This document shows positions 1 to 11,966 of a stretch of 44,771 nucleotides of DNA, piece after piece. This DNA comes from Asterionella formosa (taxonomy: Eukaryota). Within the stretch, counting starts at the first letter, position 1. Every line of letters begins with the position of its first letter. The notes under the pieces were generated by a model, which worked only from the letters and a program-made list of their open reading frames with translations, was not told the DNA's origin and searched no databases. The stretch lies in assembly GCA_002256025.1 (NCBI GenBank), contig NKIB01008526.1:62001-106771 (forward strand), read 5' to 3'. The position numbers were made by a program, and so were the translations under genes.

Positions 1-7
1 ATACTAG

Positions 8-770
8 CTAAGATCCATTCACCATGCATCCCTTCCTGTAAAATTTCAGTTCTCTGCTTCATCATCAAATGGTCTATGGACTATTGCAGGTGTCCCTAAT
101 AAGATTGGGCATGTATCACGGAGTAAGGATGCACCCTTGTCTCAATTGGTTCATCGTGATACACCGAAGGGGGCCAACTACGTAAAGAGCATTGCGAATT
201 CAGCAATAGAAATAGCAAGAACTAAAATTCTTCAAGATGGGGTTGGGCCTGTTTCCATTGTAAGGACTGACTTTTATTATCATATTATAATTGAAAGTAA
301 CGTTCCCGGCCAAACTACTATTTTCAGATGCCATTCGAAATTGAATAATGATTCAAATGCAGGAATTTCTGGTCTTGAATGGTTTGACTGGGTCGAAGTG
401 AACTGGGAGAAAGGAGATGGATCAAGTTCCTACACAGTTCCGGCAAAACTACTTCTTTAGGGAAATGCTGCTTTCTCCAACGCAACAACCATTCTCTTAG
501 CGTGTATTCATTCCTTGAAAAGTTTAACTGAAATGAAAATTCATAAACTTATGTTTTTTGCAAGAGGCGACACCTAATGCAATGATTCAGCTGAATTGAT
601 CGCTGTTGAATTTCATAACATACATTTGGCAGCGTTTGTTGTTCCTGCTTTGAAACCACAGGAATCAAGGGTTAGGGCAAGAGGTTTTGGAACAGATACG
701 GAAAGATAATTTTTATGGTGCCATGCCTTCACAACATTTATGGAAGTCAGTCAGGTGGGACCAAAAACTA
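8..770 (+). pseudogene. Degenerate C-terminal part of a Plavaka/CMC(CACTA)-like transposase
   Basis: The frame of ORF 137..460 is open from position 8. It reads IFRCH...EWFDWVEVNW...VPAKLLL and continues past stops at 458-460 and ~574 as ...ACIHSL...LIAVEFHNIHLAAFVVP. This FRCH/WxDWxxVxW/PAK/IHS/VVP series resembles the C-terminus of Plavaka-like transposases as I recall them; no search was run. Confidence 0.5.
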
Positions 771-948
771 ACAAGCGAACGATGATAAAGATACAAGAAT
801 ACAATAAATTATAATTATAATAAAGTGCAAAAATAATATAAATGATAATGATAATATAGTTTCACATACTAGTTAAGTTCCAGGACTCGTCCATCTCCAA
901 ACGGAATTGTGCCCGGTTGCCAAGAAATTTGGTTTCGCCGTTCCTTTT

Positions 949-2600
949 TTATTGCAATAGAGTTTCCAAAACTTTCAAAATTGCAAATGGTCCACATGAC
1001 CATCCGCTATCATCTTCTGGTTGAAATATCATGGAATCATGTTCAGTGGCTATAAGGATCTGCAATGGTGCTTTGGTGCCAGTATAGAAAGATTCGGATA
1101 AACCAATTTCTTCAGGTGTATGGGATTCTTGTGGAAGATATCCTGTATCGGTGCATAGCAGTTCCAATTCCTTGGTGCATCCAGGGATGATGCAGTACGT
1201 ACGGGCAAGGTGAAATACTTGATCATAATGTTCATCCAAACTTGCATCTTTTCCTCGATCACGGACTTGACATAATCCATCATTTATAGCAAAAAGATAA
1301 TGCACAAAATGGTTGTTTTCCTCCTCATCTGATCGTTTGCAATAAACAATTAGCACATACAGTAGTTACTGTCATGATGAAGTGGATGACAATCACCTTG
1401 GTATGTATGCGGTTTGTTATTACCCTTTTCTGGGTTCTCATCCAGCCAGATCAAAAAAAACCTTTACATGATCATCAGTTAGATGAAGTTAATGAATTAC
1501 ATAATGGATCATAGAGCGAGGTAATTGTTTCAAGGTCCCAATATGCAAGATCTTTAAAATCTGAAAGATGATTTTTTGATACCTTTGACTCCATAAAATA
1601 CAGAGGTGTAATTGCATATTTCTGTGGGGTATGCGTGTACAATTCTTTCCGCAATTTTAGTCGTCCATGCGTTTTCGGCAAACTAAAGGAAAATGCAGTT
1701 TGCTTTGGGATAATAACTTTACACATTTCACATGCTGACTCTTCATAAAAGTAGCTAGCTGGCTTCGGGATTGTTCTTAATGATTTTACAAAGAAATTTT
1801 AATCTTTTTCTTCCATGTATGATTTGGTAAAAGATTCAATTTTGTGCTTCAAACTTTGTTCCCGACTCAGTGCATCAACTGCCTTAGCCAGCATCACATC
1901 TCTGTCAGCATTGATCTTCTTGAATTCGAGGTCTTAATCTAGCGCAGAATTTTTTTCTTGAATATCTTTTCTTTTAGAAATGCAATAGTTTCTCTGCTTT
2001 CATGATGTTCATCTTGAAGTTCTGGACGAATAGTGAGACATATTTCTTGGTTTTGCAACTTTTCAACCATTTCTACTTCAGAAGTTATGTATCCCACATT
2101 TCCGCTGGTATTTTCATTCATCGCATGAATTTGTTCGTCAAATGAATGAGAATCACTGAGTTCTTATTCATTATCAGCGATTTCAGGAGAATGAGCAATA
2201 TACGGCACTGGATGGAACTGTGACTCTGTAGGAATAGAGTCTTCATCCGCAAAGAACAACTGTTTGGGTTTCCTTGGCTCTTCGAAAGCAATCTTTCCAT
2301 CTTTTCAATCTCTGCAACTATTGAATAGGCATACTTGCTTCATTATGTTTTCTGGAGTATTATGATTCTGTTCAAATTCATCTGATCTTTGAGTGTATTC
2401 AAAGGAATCTTCGATTGATTTCATAAGTTTCTTCATCTAAGGTCCAGAAGACTATGATGTAAAACAGTGGAAGGGAAACGCGGAGCTTTTTGCTGCGCTT
2501 GTGGAGGTGCAACTGGTGTGATGGTAACCGAGTGTAGTATTTGTTGAACAGAGCACAGTGTAATATGCATGTTCCGCCAGCGTAGTGTTGACACAATACA
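949..2600 (-). pseudogene. Fragmented ORF ending in a Ulp1/C48 (SUMO-protease-like) domain, probably transposon cargo
   Basis: ORF 949..1356 contains NNHFVHYLFAIND (His + hydrophobic strand + Asp) and FQPEDDSGWSCGPFAIL (Q-x-D/N-xx-S/D-C-G catalytic Cys motif). Upstream fragments 1475..1726, 1939..2121 and 2118..2300 are on the same strand, charged and coiled-coil-like, and separated by stops or frameshifts. Confidence 0.55.
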
Positions 2601-3175
2601 CATATCGGTATATAAACCTTTAACAAATAAAAACGACACAAAAATGAACGTGATGGCTGGTTGTGGAAAATACCAGTAGGTGATATGCATCAATCCATAT
2701 CACAATTCATATTATGGTGATGTACATATCAACGCATCCATATACTTAGATCCTATTCACTATATAATACTTTCATAATAACTATTTGCTTTTACTATAT
2801 ACATTTAAAGTCGAATTTATGATTGATCATTCTTTCTTCTATGATGTATTGATAACACTTGCGTACATATTTATCGTCTTTTATTATCATTGTATTCTTT
2901 TAACATATTAATATTTTGATTAAAAATATATCATAAACATTTTATTAAATCATCATAGTTCTATGATCAATGTATCATAGCTATGTGATATACTTTATTC
3001 AATATTACATATCATACTTTGGTGATGTATGCATCGATGTAACCCTATCGTGATATCACATTATCATCTTATCAATCATTCAATGTTGATTTGCAACTGT
3101 ATTCTGCATCGTACTATGGAGTATGATATTATAACACGCACTTTATTTGTAGCTAAGTCACTCCTTTTATGTACA

Positions 3176-3594
3176 CAAGTCGACAGTGTACGTACACACA
3201 CGCTAATCAGGTTTGAGGCAACAGACAGTGGTTCCAACGAGCAAATGACAATACCACGGGTACCTATTTTTCCAGCGGCAAACCGCAATGATGAAGGACA
3301 CTTGTCCCTCTATTGATGAGGATAACACTGACACCGAATTTTCCAGGAGCAAACAGAAATGAAGAGAGCCAGCCACTTGTCGCTCTATTTATGGTAATAA
3401 AGATGCGGACAAGTTCAACAGTGAATACAAGAACAACATACCAATGAAAACAAGTCGACAGTGTGTGTACGCACACGCTAAACAGTTTGAGGCAACGGAA
3501 AGTTAAAACAAGCAAATGACAATACAGATATCAAATTAATTCTACAGCAAACCACAATGATAATGATGAAGGACATTCGTCCCTCTATTGTTGA
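3176..3594. repeat. Diverged direct repeat, two ~143 bp copies 275 bp apart
   Basis: CAAGTCGACAGTGT...GCAAATGACAATAC...ATGATGAAGGACA..GTCCCTCTATTG occurs at 3176-3318 and 3451-3594. Confidence 0.85.
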
Positions 3595-4016
3595 TGATAC
3601 AGATGTCCATCTACAACGCCGATTACTGGTACAGCCGCCACAAAAAAAAGCTAGTCAAATATGATCAACCAAATTAATTATTTGGGTGGCCCAATATGAC
3701 GAATCTAGCTATGTACATAATTTAAGGGTATGACATCACATAAAAAATATGATGCATCATACAATATATATGAACAGAGTGAGCTAAAATAGTTTCGACA
3801 ACCTCCATAATTATTTTAGAAACCCACATAATTTTTGGGGCCAACGGACAATATTTTCTGGCAACACAAAGAAAAATTTGGTCAGTAATAATCTCTATAA
3901 TACGGTACTTTTCTCTACAATTTGCAACATTTCCGTTCACAAATATTCTTCACTCTGACTACCATTGATTCTGTTAGTTTGCTACCATTTTGAGTTGATG
4001 AGAAAGCAAAAGTTGC

Positions 4017-4245
4017 GAAGCCATGATTTCGGTTCTGTTTTGCTCCTTACCATGTTCCCCAATGGCCAACCCAGTCCTCATCAAATTGATTGTCTGCAAT
4101 CAGTAAACAACGGTTGTGGCAGAGTGAGTTCCGAAGCCATGATTTCGGTTCTGCTGTGCTCCTTACAATGTTCCCCAATGTCCAACCCAGCCCTCATCAA
4201 ATTGATTGTCTGCAATCAGTGAACAGCGGTCGAGAGTGAGTTCAT
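4017..4245. repeat. Tandem duplication of a ~116 bp unit, with weaker copies near 4270-4375 and 4685-4735
   Basis: GAAGCCATGATTTCGGTTCTG...CTCATCAAATTGATTGTCTGCAATCAGT..CAGAGTGAGTTC starts at 4017 and again at 4133. Confidence 0.85.
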
Positions 4246-5485
4246 GAACAAACATTGTTACAAAGGCATCGTTTTCGTTGTGCTTACCATGCCGCCTGAT
4301 TCCCAACAAATCCCTTGCTCAACAGATTGATTGTTTGTTGACAAAGAACAGAGTTTGCAGAGTAAGTTTGTGATCAGCAAGTAACAAGCACACAATCAAG
4401 CCCTTCTTCTAATTCATTACAAATAGGCAATGCCTGCGCTAACAATTCCGAACAAAGACGAAGGAGAATAGGACAGGAGATCCGCCCACAATAAGCAACA
4501 GCAAACAATATCAGCAGAAGGCAAGAAAACATTGCACTTGCTTACCATGTATATATTTGTCCCCTATGCACCAGAGGAATCCTTTCAACAACGCGAATAA
4601 CAAATGAATGATAGCCTACCTGACACAGGCAGAGCAAGACGCATTTCATTATTCCCAAGGTTCAACCCTGGCCTACCAAACACAGATTGATTGTCTGTAG
4701 AAAAAGAACAAGGTTCGCAGAGTAAGTTCATGACTGACCACTTTTCCAATTCCAAACGGCACAAGTAAGAGGAAGAACGAAATGGAGGTAAAGGAACTAC
4801 AACAGCAATCAAACATAGTTCCGAACACAAGACGAAGAAAACGAGTGACGGTGCAGAGCAGCAACAAAAAAGAACAACATCAATGTGACAAAAGACCTGT
4901 TTCCATTTCCCAAAATATTAACTGCTTACCATATATTTCTCAAACTTTCAGATGCATCCTTTTTATGATAACAAGGAGAAACAAAAAATGCCTGCCTGTT
5001 TCTTCCAGAGGAACCGGCCCACAACAGAGTCCTTGTTATCTGGAAGCGAAGAACAAGATTCACAGAGTCAGAAGATGGCTGGTTTTTAACAAACAAGACC
5101 TTTTTACATTCCATATCAAACAATGCATGTTCAAGTTCAAACGCAGGGCGAGGAACACCAAGGAAGAGAAGGGTATACAGCCACAGTAACCACAACGAAA
5201 GAACAATAGATTAAGAACAAGAAAAATGACAGCAGAAACAACAGGGACAGCGATTAAGAAAACGAGAACACAACCATGATAGCAGAAAAGACGACAAAAA
5301 CGACAACAATAACAATAACAATAATTTCATTTTACCATGAATGTGATATTTTGTTCCTTTCATTCCAGCAGCTGTTTTTCATTAAGAAAACTGGCGCGGA
5401 CGGTCTTCCTCGCCAACATTCATTTTGTACTAAATTTGTGTATATTGTACTTCAGAAAAAGCAGGTGCAGTCTATGCTTAGTCAG

Positions 5486-6880
5486 TATTGATCAAATTCG
5501 TCATCAGGATGCGTAAAAGTTTCGGTGCTTGCTGTGGACTGATGACCAGTGCTGTAACAACCTAAATTCCAATTCATTTTCTTTCTCAACAAATTTGATG
5601 CCGATTTCTATCTAATATATTATTCGATGTACCCGAAATCAAAGGCTTCTTGTCGAATGTCAATATGCTCAGAACGAACGTATATTGTCAAAAGGAGGCA
5701 TCAGGATGTGTAAATTTTAGGTGTCTGCTGTGGACTGATGAACAGTGCTTTAACAACCAAAATTCCAATCCAACTTTCTCTACCAATTCAATGTCAATTT
5801 CTATCTAGCATAGTATTAGATTTACACGAGATCAATGCAGATGTATGTTTCGAATGTCGATATGCTCGCTCAGAACGAACATACATTGATCAAATTGGTC
5901 ATCAGGATGGTGTGTAAATTTTCGGTACTTGTGGCTTGATCATTAGTGCAGAAGCAACAAAAATTCCAAACAACCCTTCTCCAACCAATTTAAGGCCGAT
6001 TTCTATCTAGCATAGTATTTATGTACTTGAAATCAATGCAGTCAGGTCGAATGTTGATATGATCAGAACGAACATATATTGATCAAAGGAGGCATCCGGA
6101 TGAGTAATTTTTCGGATGCTTGTGGACTGATCATCAGTGCTTTGGCAACAAAAATTCCAATCCATCTTTCTCCACCAATTTAATTCTAATTTATATCAAT
6201 TATATTATTCAATGAACACGACATCAATGTCGTCATGATGAATGTCGATATACTAAGAACGAACATATTTTGATCAAATTGTTCATCAAGATGTGAAATA
6301 AATTTTCGGTGCTTGTGGACTGGTGATTGTAAGTGCTGTGGCAACAAAAATTCCAAACCATCTTGCTCCACCATTTTAAGGCTGATTTCTATCCAGCATA
6401 GAATTTGATGTCCACGAGATCAATGTCGTCATGGCCAATGTCGATATTCTGAGAACGAACATATACTGATCAAACGAGGCATCCGGATGTGTAAATTTTC
6501 GGATGCTTGAGAACTGATCATCAGTGCTGTGGCAACAAAAATTCCAAATCATCTTCCTTTCTCCACCAATTTAAGGCCGATTTATATCCAGCATAGTATT
6601 TGATGTACACGGGATCAATGCCGTCATGTCGAATGTTGATTTTCTGAGAACAAACATAAAAGGAGGTATCAGGATGTGTAAATTTTTTAAATTTTCGGTT
6701 ATGGTGGACTGATAGTATGATCAATGCTGTAGAAACGAAAATTCAAAACCATCTTTCTCCACCAATTTAAGGCCGATTTTTATCCAGCATAGTATTCAAT
6801 GTACAAAAGATCAATGCCTTCAAGGCGAATGTCGATATACTCATAATGAACATATATTGATCAGAGGAGGCATCAGGATG
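5486..6880. repeat. Tandem array of about 7 diverged units of ~195 bp
   Basis: The anchor CATCMGGATG-like motif recurs at 5502, 5699, 5900, 6093, 6284, 6480, 6667 and 6871. Each unit also carries GTGGACTGAT, AAATTCCAA, CCAATTTAAGGCCGATTT and AGAACGAACATAT-like blocks. Confidence 0.92.
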
Positions 6881-7236
6881 TAGAGATGGCGATTGTGGCA
6901 CTTCTCATTTTTGATTTACTACCATAGGATGTGCTAGTATGCCGTGATGATAGTTAGTACATCGCTCACCAGGGGCGCACCAAAACTCAAAGCTATTATT
7001 TTCTACCAAATTGCATCCATCTACTAAACTGTTAAGAGTTTTATTGGTCAAATTAGACGTCAGCAAATTTTTGGAGTGCATTGACTGGTGGTGTACAGAA
7101 AAGGTGCAAAATATTGCGAAAAATACAGGTTGGCTATGGAGTGGTTGAATTCAATGAAGTTGATAGTCCTCATCTCCTTGACCCTTGCCTTTACGACCAA
7201 TTTTTTATTGCTACAGTTGTCAATAAAGATGTAATC

Positions 7237-7880
7237 TAGCCGATCGGAAAAGGAGAATGTCAATTGCGGCACATCTCAATTTTGACTCACTACAGCGACA
7301 TGCATTGAATGTTAAAATATGCAACAGCTGTTTCCAAAAAATTTTACGAATTCAATCGATGACAGCTGCTCATACTTTGCTTCTTTTCTATATTTTACTT
7401 GCCAAAGTTATCGCTGTAGACTATTTGTAGCCGCTCCAAGAAGGAGACGGCCATTGCGGCACATCTCATTTTTGACTCACTATGGCAACATGCATTGAAT
7501 ATTAAAAATATGCAACAGCTGTTTCTTAACGAATTTACGGATTCAATTGTTGTCAGCTACTCATCCTTTGCTTCTTTTTCTATATTTTACTTGTTAGAGT
7601 TATCGCTGTAGACTATTTTTAGCTGCTCCGAAACGGAGAAGGCCTTTGCGGCACATCTCAATTTTGACTCACTATGGCAACATGCATTGAATATTAAAAA
7701 TATGCAACAGCTGTTTCTTAACGAATTTACGGATTCAATTGTTTGTCAGCTACTCATCCTTTGCTTCTTTTTCTATATTTACTTGTTAGAGTTATCGCTG
7801 TAGACTATTTGTAGCTGCTCCGAAACGGAGAAGGCCATTGTGGCACATCTCAATTTCGATTCACTACGGAGACATGCAAT
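7237..7880. repeat. Second tandem array, about 3.3 units of ~191 bp, with no obvious similarity to the first
   Basis: GYGGCACATCTCA occurs at 7266, 7456, 7648 and 7840. Units 7456-7647 and 7648-7839 are nearly identical, and there is a partial copy near 6895. Confidence 0.92.
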
Positions 7881-8795
7881 GCTCAACGAGGACCAACGGT
7901 GCTTTATTTCTAATCTGGCAGGCTATAGTTATCTCTACAATCAACAATGACTATACAATGTGTCTACAACATCAACTAGTACTACGTGTACTGAATTCTA
8001 CTGTGTGAATCTTCCTCTTGCATGTATTGTTATTTGCCAGTTGAGATCAAAGAAATATGTCGGAGCAGAAAAAATAGCAAGTGAATCGGAATTGGTGACT
8101 CTTTCGTTCATTATATGGTGAAAGCAGCATAATATTGTAGTGAAGCAGCATAATTTCGCTTTTATACTGTCGCGATGGCTAGTTGGTCAACATATATTGT
8201 CACGAACAGACATAATTATTGGTGTGATCACATAAATATTCGATAAGTGAAATAAATTTTTGTTTAACCCGAATAAATTAGGGAATAAGTAACATAATAT
8301 TTTATAAAAGTAGCATAAATACGTCACTTTAGACATAAATTCGAAGAAGTGCCGTAAATGGCGTCTTAGATGTTGGGCAGGTTTTCCATTAGCACACAAC
8401 AATTAAGAGAAGCTGCTCAGCACTTGACTCGCTGCCCATCGACGTGACTTTTTTTGCTGCAACCATAGAGGGAGTGTCAGCCATCATGCTGTAGTGGTAT
8501 GGCTGATAACGGAGACAAAGAATTATGAGGCACAGACGCACAAACAGCACGGCTGTGTCTGTATGTGTCACACTAAAATATAAAGATGCAGCCTCAACAA
8601 CAAAGAAATATGATTCGCCCGTCCATCATCTATCACCCTTTTTGTATTTAATGATCTGAACTGTTTTTTCTAGAAAACAAATATATCGAGATTCACCTCG
8701 AGTTTCGGAGCATATATTGAAAAGTTCCCTCACAGTATTCCTGTTAGTACCATCAGCATCGTTCGTTGCTTTCAAGAGGCTGCTATTGAGCAAGG

Positions 8796-9212
8796 ATGAG
8801 AAAAAGTAGCCTTACATTCCTTGGGATTTGGTCAATGACAGAAGCATGGGTTTCAATCCCTAGTAATTCGATGCTGACACGCCGAGCAGCAGCGCTGGAT
8901 GCTGTCAGAATGTCGTCTCGACGAGGGCTATTTTGGAACACTGCGGCTCTAGTTGTGATTTATCCTTCAGTGTCGCTGGCTGTGGATCCTCTGGATGCAT
9001 TTGGAAAGTCATTGTCGACCCCAACTGCGCAACAAGGTTGGCCCCATACGCCATCTCCTCTGCCTAGTAGTATTAAGTCAGCGTCAGAGCTCACATCAAC
9101 TCCACCGACTCGGGGTACTGGTTCAACAGCTGACATGCCAACTTCGGATTTTTTGAAAGCACTGGAGAAATCCAGCAAGAAAAAGCAGGTGGATCCCCGT
9201 ACGCATGGATAG
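8796..9212 (+). CDS. Small hypothetical protein (138 aa), predicted plastid/thylakoid-lumen targeted
   Basis: Single-exon ATG ORF. It has a signal-like N-terminus ending TEA|W (ASAFAP-type cleavage with aromatic +1), a Ser/Arg-rich transit segment, and a twin-arginine motif SRRGLF followed by a hydrophobic stretch ending SLA|. The mature part is short and P/S/T-rich, ending DPRTHG. Confidence 0.72.
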   Translation: MRKSSLTFLGIWSMTEAWVSIPSNSMLTRRAAALDAVRMSSRRGLFWNTAALVVIYPSVSLAVDPLDAFGKSLSTPTAQQGWPHTPSPLPSSIKSASELTSTPPTRGTGSTADMPTSDFLKALEKSSKKKQVDPRTHG

Positions 9213-9379
9213 GGAATTAACCCTATGTGTGTTGAACCAGACAATATCTGAGAATAAAGCGCATCAGATGATGATGTAATATTTTCATACTGCGAACATG
9301 CAAGCGAAATGAGAGAGAAGTAAAGATGATGCATTAAGATAAGATCATGAATTATTGGAAAAATTGCAATATAACCAGA

Positions 9380-10646
9380 CTACTTCGGGACAATAAGGTT
9401 TGCATAAAGTAGAGCCAAAAGAATACCAAACGCAACGATAAAGGCCACACGAAAATATTTTTCCCAAATTGTTTGTGGCCCATAGATTCGTTCTAGCTCT
9501 TGGAAATCAATCCAAGGCATTGATTTTCTCTTCATTGGATTATATTGTTTCTCCTCGCTCCCGCATAGTATACGGAGGCAGGTCATGAAATCGGCCCAGT
9601 CAGCATGAGGATCTGGAAACGTCATCTCCGTTCCTATTAGGAGCAAGCGCATAAAGCTTATCATTTCGTCCATAGTAAATGGTCGCTCGTCCAACAGATC
9701 CATCAAACGATTCAAAAAACCCATTTCTCGGCACCGATGTAAAACTAAAGAATATGTTAGCCATGGATTGAAACGGTGCACCTCTTTCGCTTCGCCTTCG
9801 AAGTCGTCCAGGACTTCTAGAGACAGTTCAAGCTGGCTGTCGAGATTCTCATAATAAGCCAAAATAGATTCGTCGTTAGTACACAGTCTAACGACGATCC
9901 AAACGGGTAGCTGTTGAAGCTGTCGGAGGGCTCTTTCAAATTCTACACGCACGAACTGTGTCGTTGATCCAGACTCATCTGACGGCAAGCCTAGTAATCA
10001 CCAGTAACATGACAGTATAAGGAATTAAGAGGACAAAGGAATGAATACATAATGAACGAAAAATGACAAAACTAAGCTTACCATCAGTAGCCAGTACAAT
10101 AGAAATCATTTTGCCTTCGCGTCGAAGAGAGTCTTCCATTCCCTGGATGGTATGGAAAATATTCCTCAAATGCGTCGTCAAGGGAGTTACACCCCTGGGA
10201 CAAACATTCATTAATGTTTTTTGGAGAGAGATTAAATCTTCTTCTATTCGTTCCAAGTCCATTTCTCCGACTCCGAAATATTGCGACAGACCATTGGAAG
10301 GCGGATTCAAAAGGATGAACTTGGTCGGCGCCTCTAACAATGCATTAAGCTGTGCATGATAGTACACACACTCTTGAAGCTCCGCAAAGCGTGTACACTT
10401 TACCCATTGAACATCCGTTCTTTTCTTCGTGGCCACCAGTTGCCGGCCATCAGCCTCATTCATGGATCCACTATTGTCAAGAATCCAAATTCGTAGGGCA
10501 AAGAGTTGTTGTGACTGTTGAAGGACCGCGTGTGCCAAGGGAGTTGTAAATCCTTGCTCCTTCAGGCAAATAATCACATGTTCCGTGCCGCTATCGTATT
10601 CTTTCTCTGTTGCTAATGTCATGCCAGAATCTCCCAATCGTTTCAT
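9380..10646 (-). CDS. von Willebrand factor A (VWA) domain protein with a C-terminal transmembrane anchor; 2 exons (10646-10082, 9990-9380)
   Basis: The MIDAS motif WILDNSGSM and GVTPLT are in exon 1. Removing a 91 bp GTAAGC...TAG intron (10081-9991) joins the ORFs in frame to give VLATDGLPSD. This is followed by VVRLCTND and LEVLDDF and a hydrophobic tail FRVAFIVAFGILLALLYANL. Confidence 0.88.
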
Positions 10647-10938
10647 AAAATACCATCAAACGATGATCACGAATAAATCCTTTCGAAAAATATGATATCC
10701 CCAACTAAATACAAATATTACATAGCGGCATTAGGTGGAAATATAAATGAGGTACCAGGTAACAGGTACTCCCTTCCCTGTACATAGGCCATACCAGTAC
10801 CGGTAAATGCATGAATCATGAATCAGTTCTCCCTTTTGTGAACCATGTTGTGTACCAGTTACCAGGTCCTACTGTATAGAGAAACACTGTTCATGTTCCC
10901 CCCCTTGATCCAAAGTTCTACCGAGTTTAAGGCTCCTG

Positions 10939-11966
10939 GAAGGTCCGGTAATCAGCGAATTGCGCGAACTATATACTAAAAGTTCCACGTAGCGGTTTCA
11001 ACCTATTTCATTGGATGTCTGACCTGCTCACCAATTCCGAAATGACGAAAAATCTCACAATGTTTCCATTTATTTATATTACCTGTAAACATTATAAAGT
11101 TTCAAACGGAAAAGCGCTGCCACCTTTCACAGCAGAATTGCTGACTACCAACTTCAACCTGCTGACTGCGGACTTCTTGTTGCTAACTGGTGACTTGATT
11201 TGCTGAAAATTTGAAATATTTGCTGACTGCTGACTTCATTTGCTGACTACTGACATGCAGTTGCTGACTGCTAACTTCAGCATGTTGACGTCAAGCAACC
11301 TACTTTGTACACAGGAAGAGACCAACTACCAGTACTAGTGTTCGAATCGTGTTTACTTTTCACATTTGAATAACGATGGAAATGCATCTTTTCGTTATTG
11401 AAATACTAAATGCGATGCCTTCGATATTGATACTACCTGGTACCTGTTGGGATACTAAAAGCAATGCTTTCTATCTTCATACTATCAAGAGTAACACAGA
11501 GGTACCTGGTACTCGCTACATGATTAAAACTGTGAAATTGGCATTGATGCCTGAGAAGAATCATTGCTATCTACTTCTTCATATTGCAACCATGCTGTAC
11601 TATCGTAAAAATGCTGACTTCAACTTGCTAACTACTGACTGCGGACTTCGTTTTGCTGACTGCTGACTGCTGACTGCTGACTGCTGACTTGATTCGCTGA
11701 AAATTTAAAAAAATCGCTGACTGCTGACTTCTTTTGCTGACTGCTGACAAGAAATCGCTGACTGCTGACTTGAAGTTCATTTTGACAATAAAACGACATA
11801 TGGCTTAACATCTATGTAAACAACTATTTAAAGAATAACGGTGTGGCGCAAAATTTAGGAGTTCGAAAATTTTGGGGGGTGTACCCCTGCCTTTTCTTGT
11901 AGTATGTGAATCGATGAACAGAAAACGAGCAACCTGCATGCTATGTTCCTTGATTACCGGACCTTC
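10939..11966 (+). mobile_element. Non-autonomous TIR element (MITE), copy 1, 3-bp CTG target duplication (PIF/Harbinger-like)
   Basis: CTG|GAAGGTCCGGTAATCA (10939) ... TGATTACCGGACCTTC|CTG (11966): a perfect 16 bp TIR with a CTG TSD. It has internal TGCTGAC heptamer arrays and is homologous along its length to the reverse complement of 39568-40471. Confidence 0.92.
11138..11775. repeat. Two clusters of TGCTGAC heptamer repeats inside the MITE (~11138-11290 and ~11610-11775)
   Basis: For example TGCTGACTGCTGACTGCTGACTGCTGACTGCTGAC at 11654-11688. These are mirrored as GTCAGCA runs at 39763-39878 and ~40180-40272. Confidence 0.9.

Larger units (their letters stand above)
3808..6880 (+). repeat. 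Dispersed repeat family, copy 1 (non-coding, internally repetitive, probably TE-derived)
   Basis: 3808-~5800 aligns by eye to the reverse complement of ~29590-32805. For example, AATCTCTATAATACGGTACTTTTCTCTACAATTTGCAACATT at 3890 matches the reverse complement of 32719-32760. Confidence 0.85.

Noticed and set aside
6186..6724. Array-1 units as a 65-codon repeat protein
   Set aside because: Unit lengths vary by non-multiples of three and stops are frequent. The short ORFs are incidental.
5486..7880. Regularly spaced motifs as a CRISPR-like array
   Set aside because: Whole units are homologous with no unique spacers. There are no cas genes and the context is eukaryotic.
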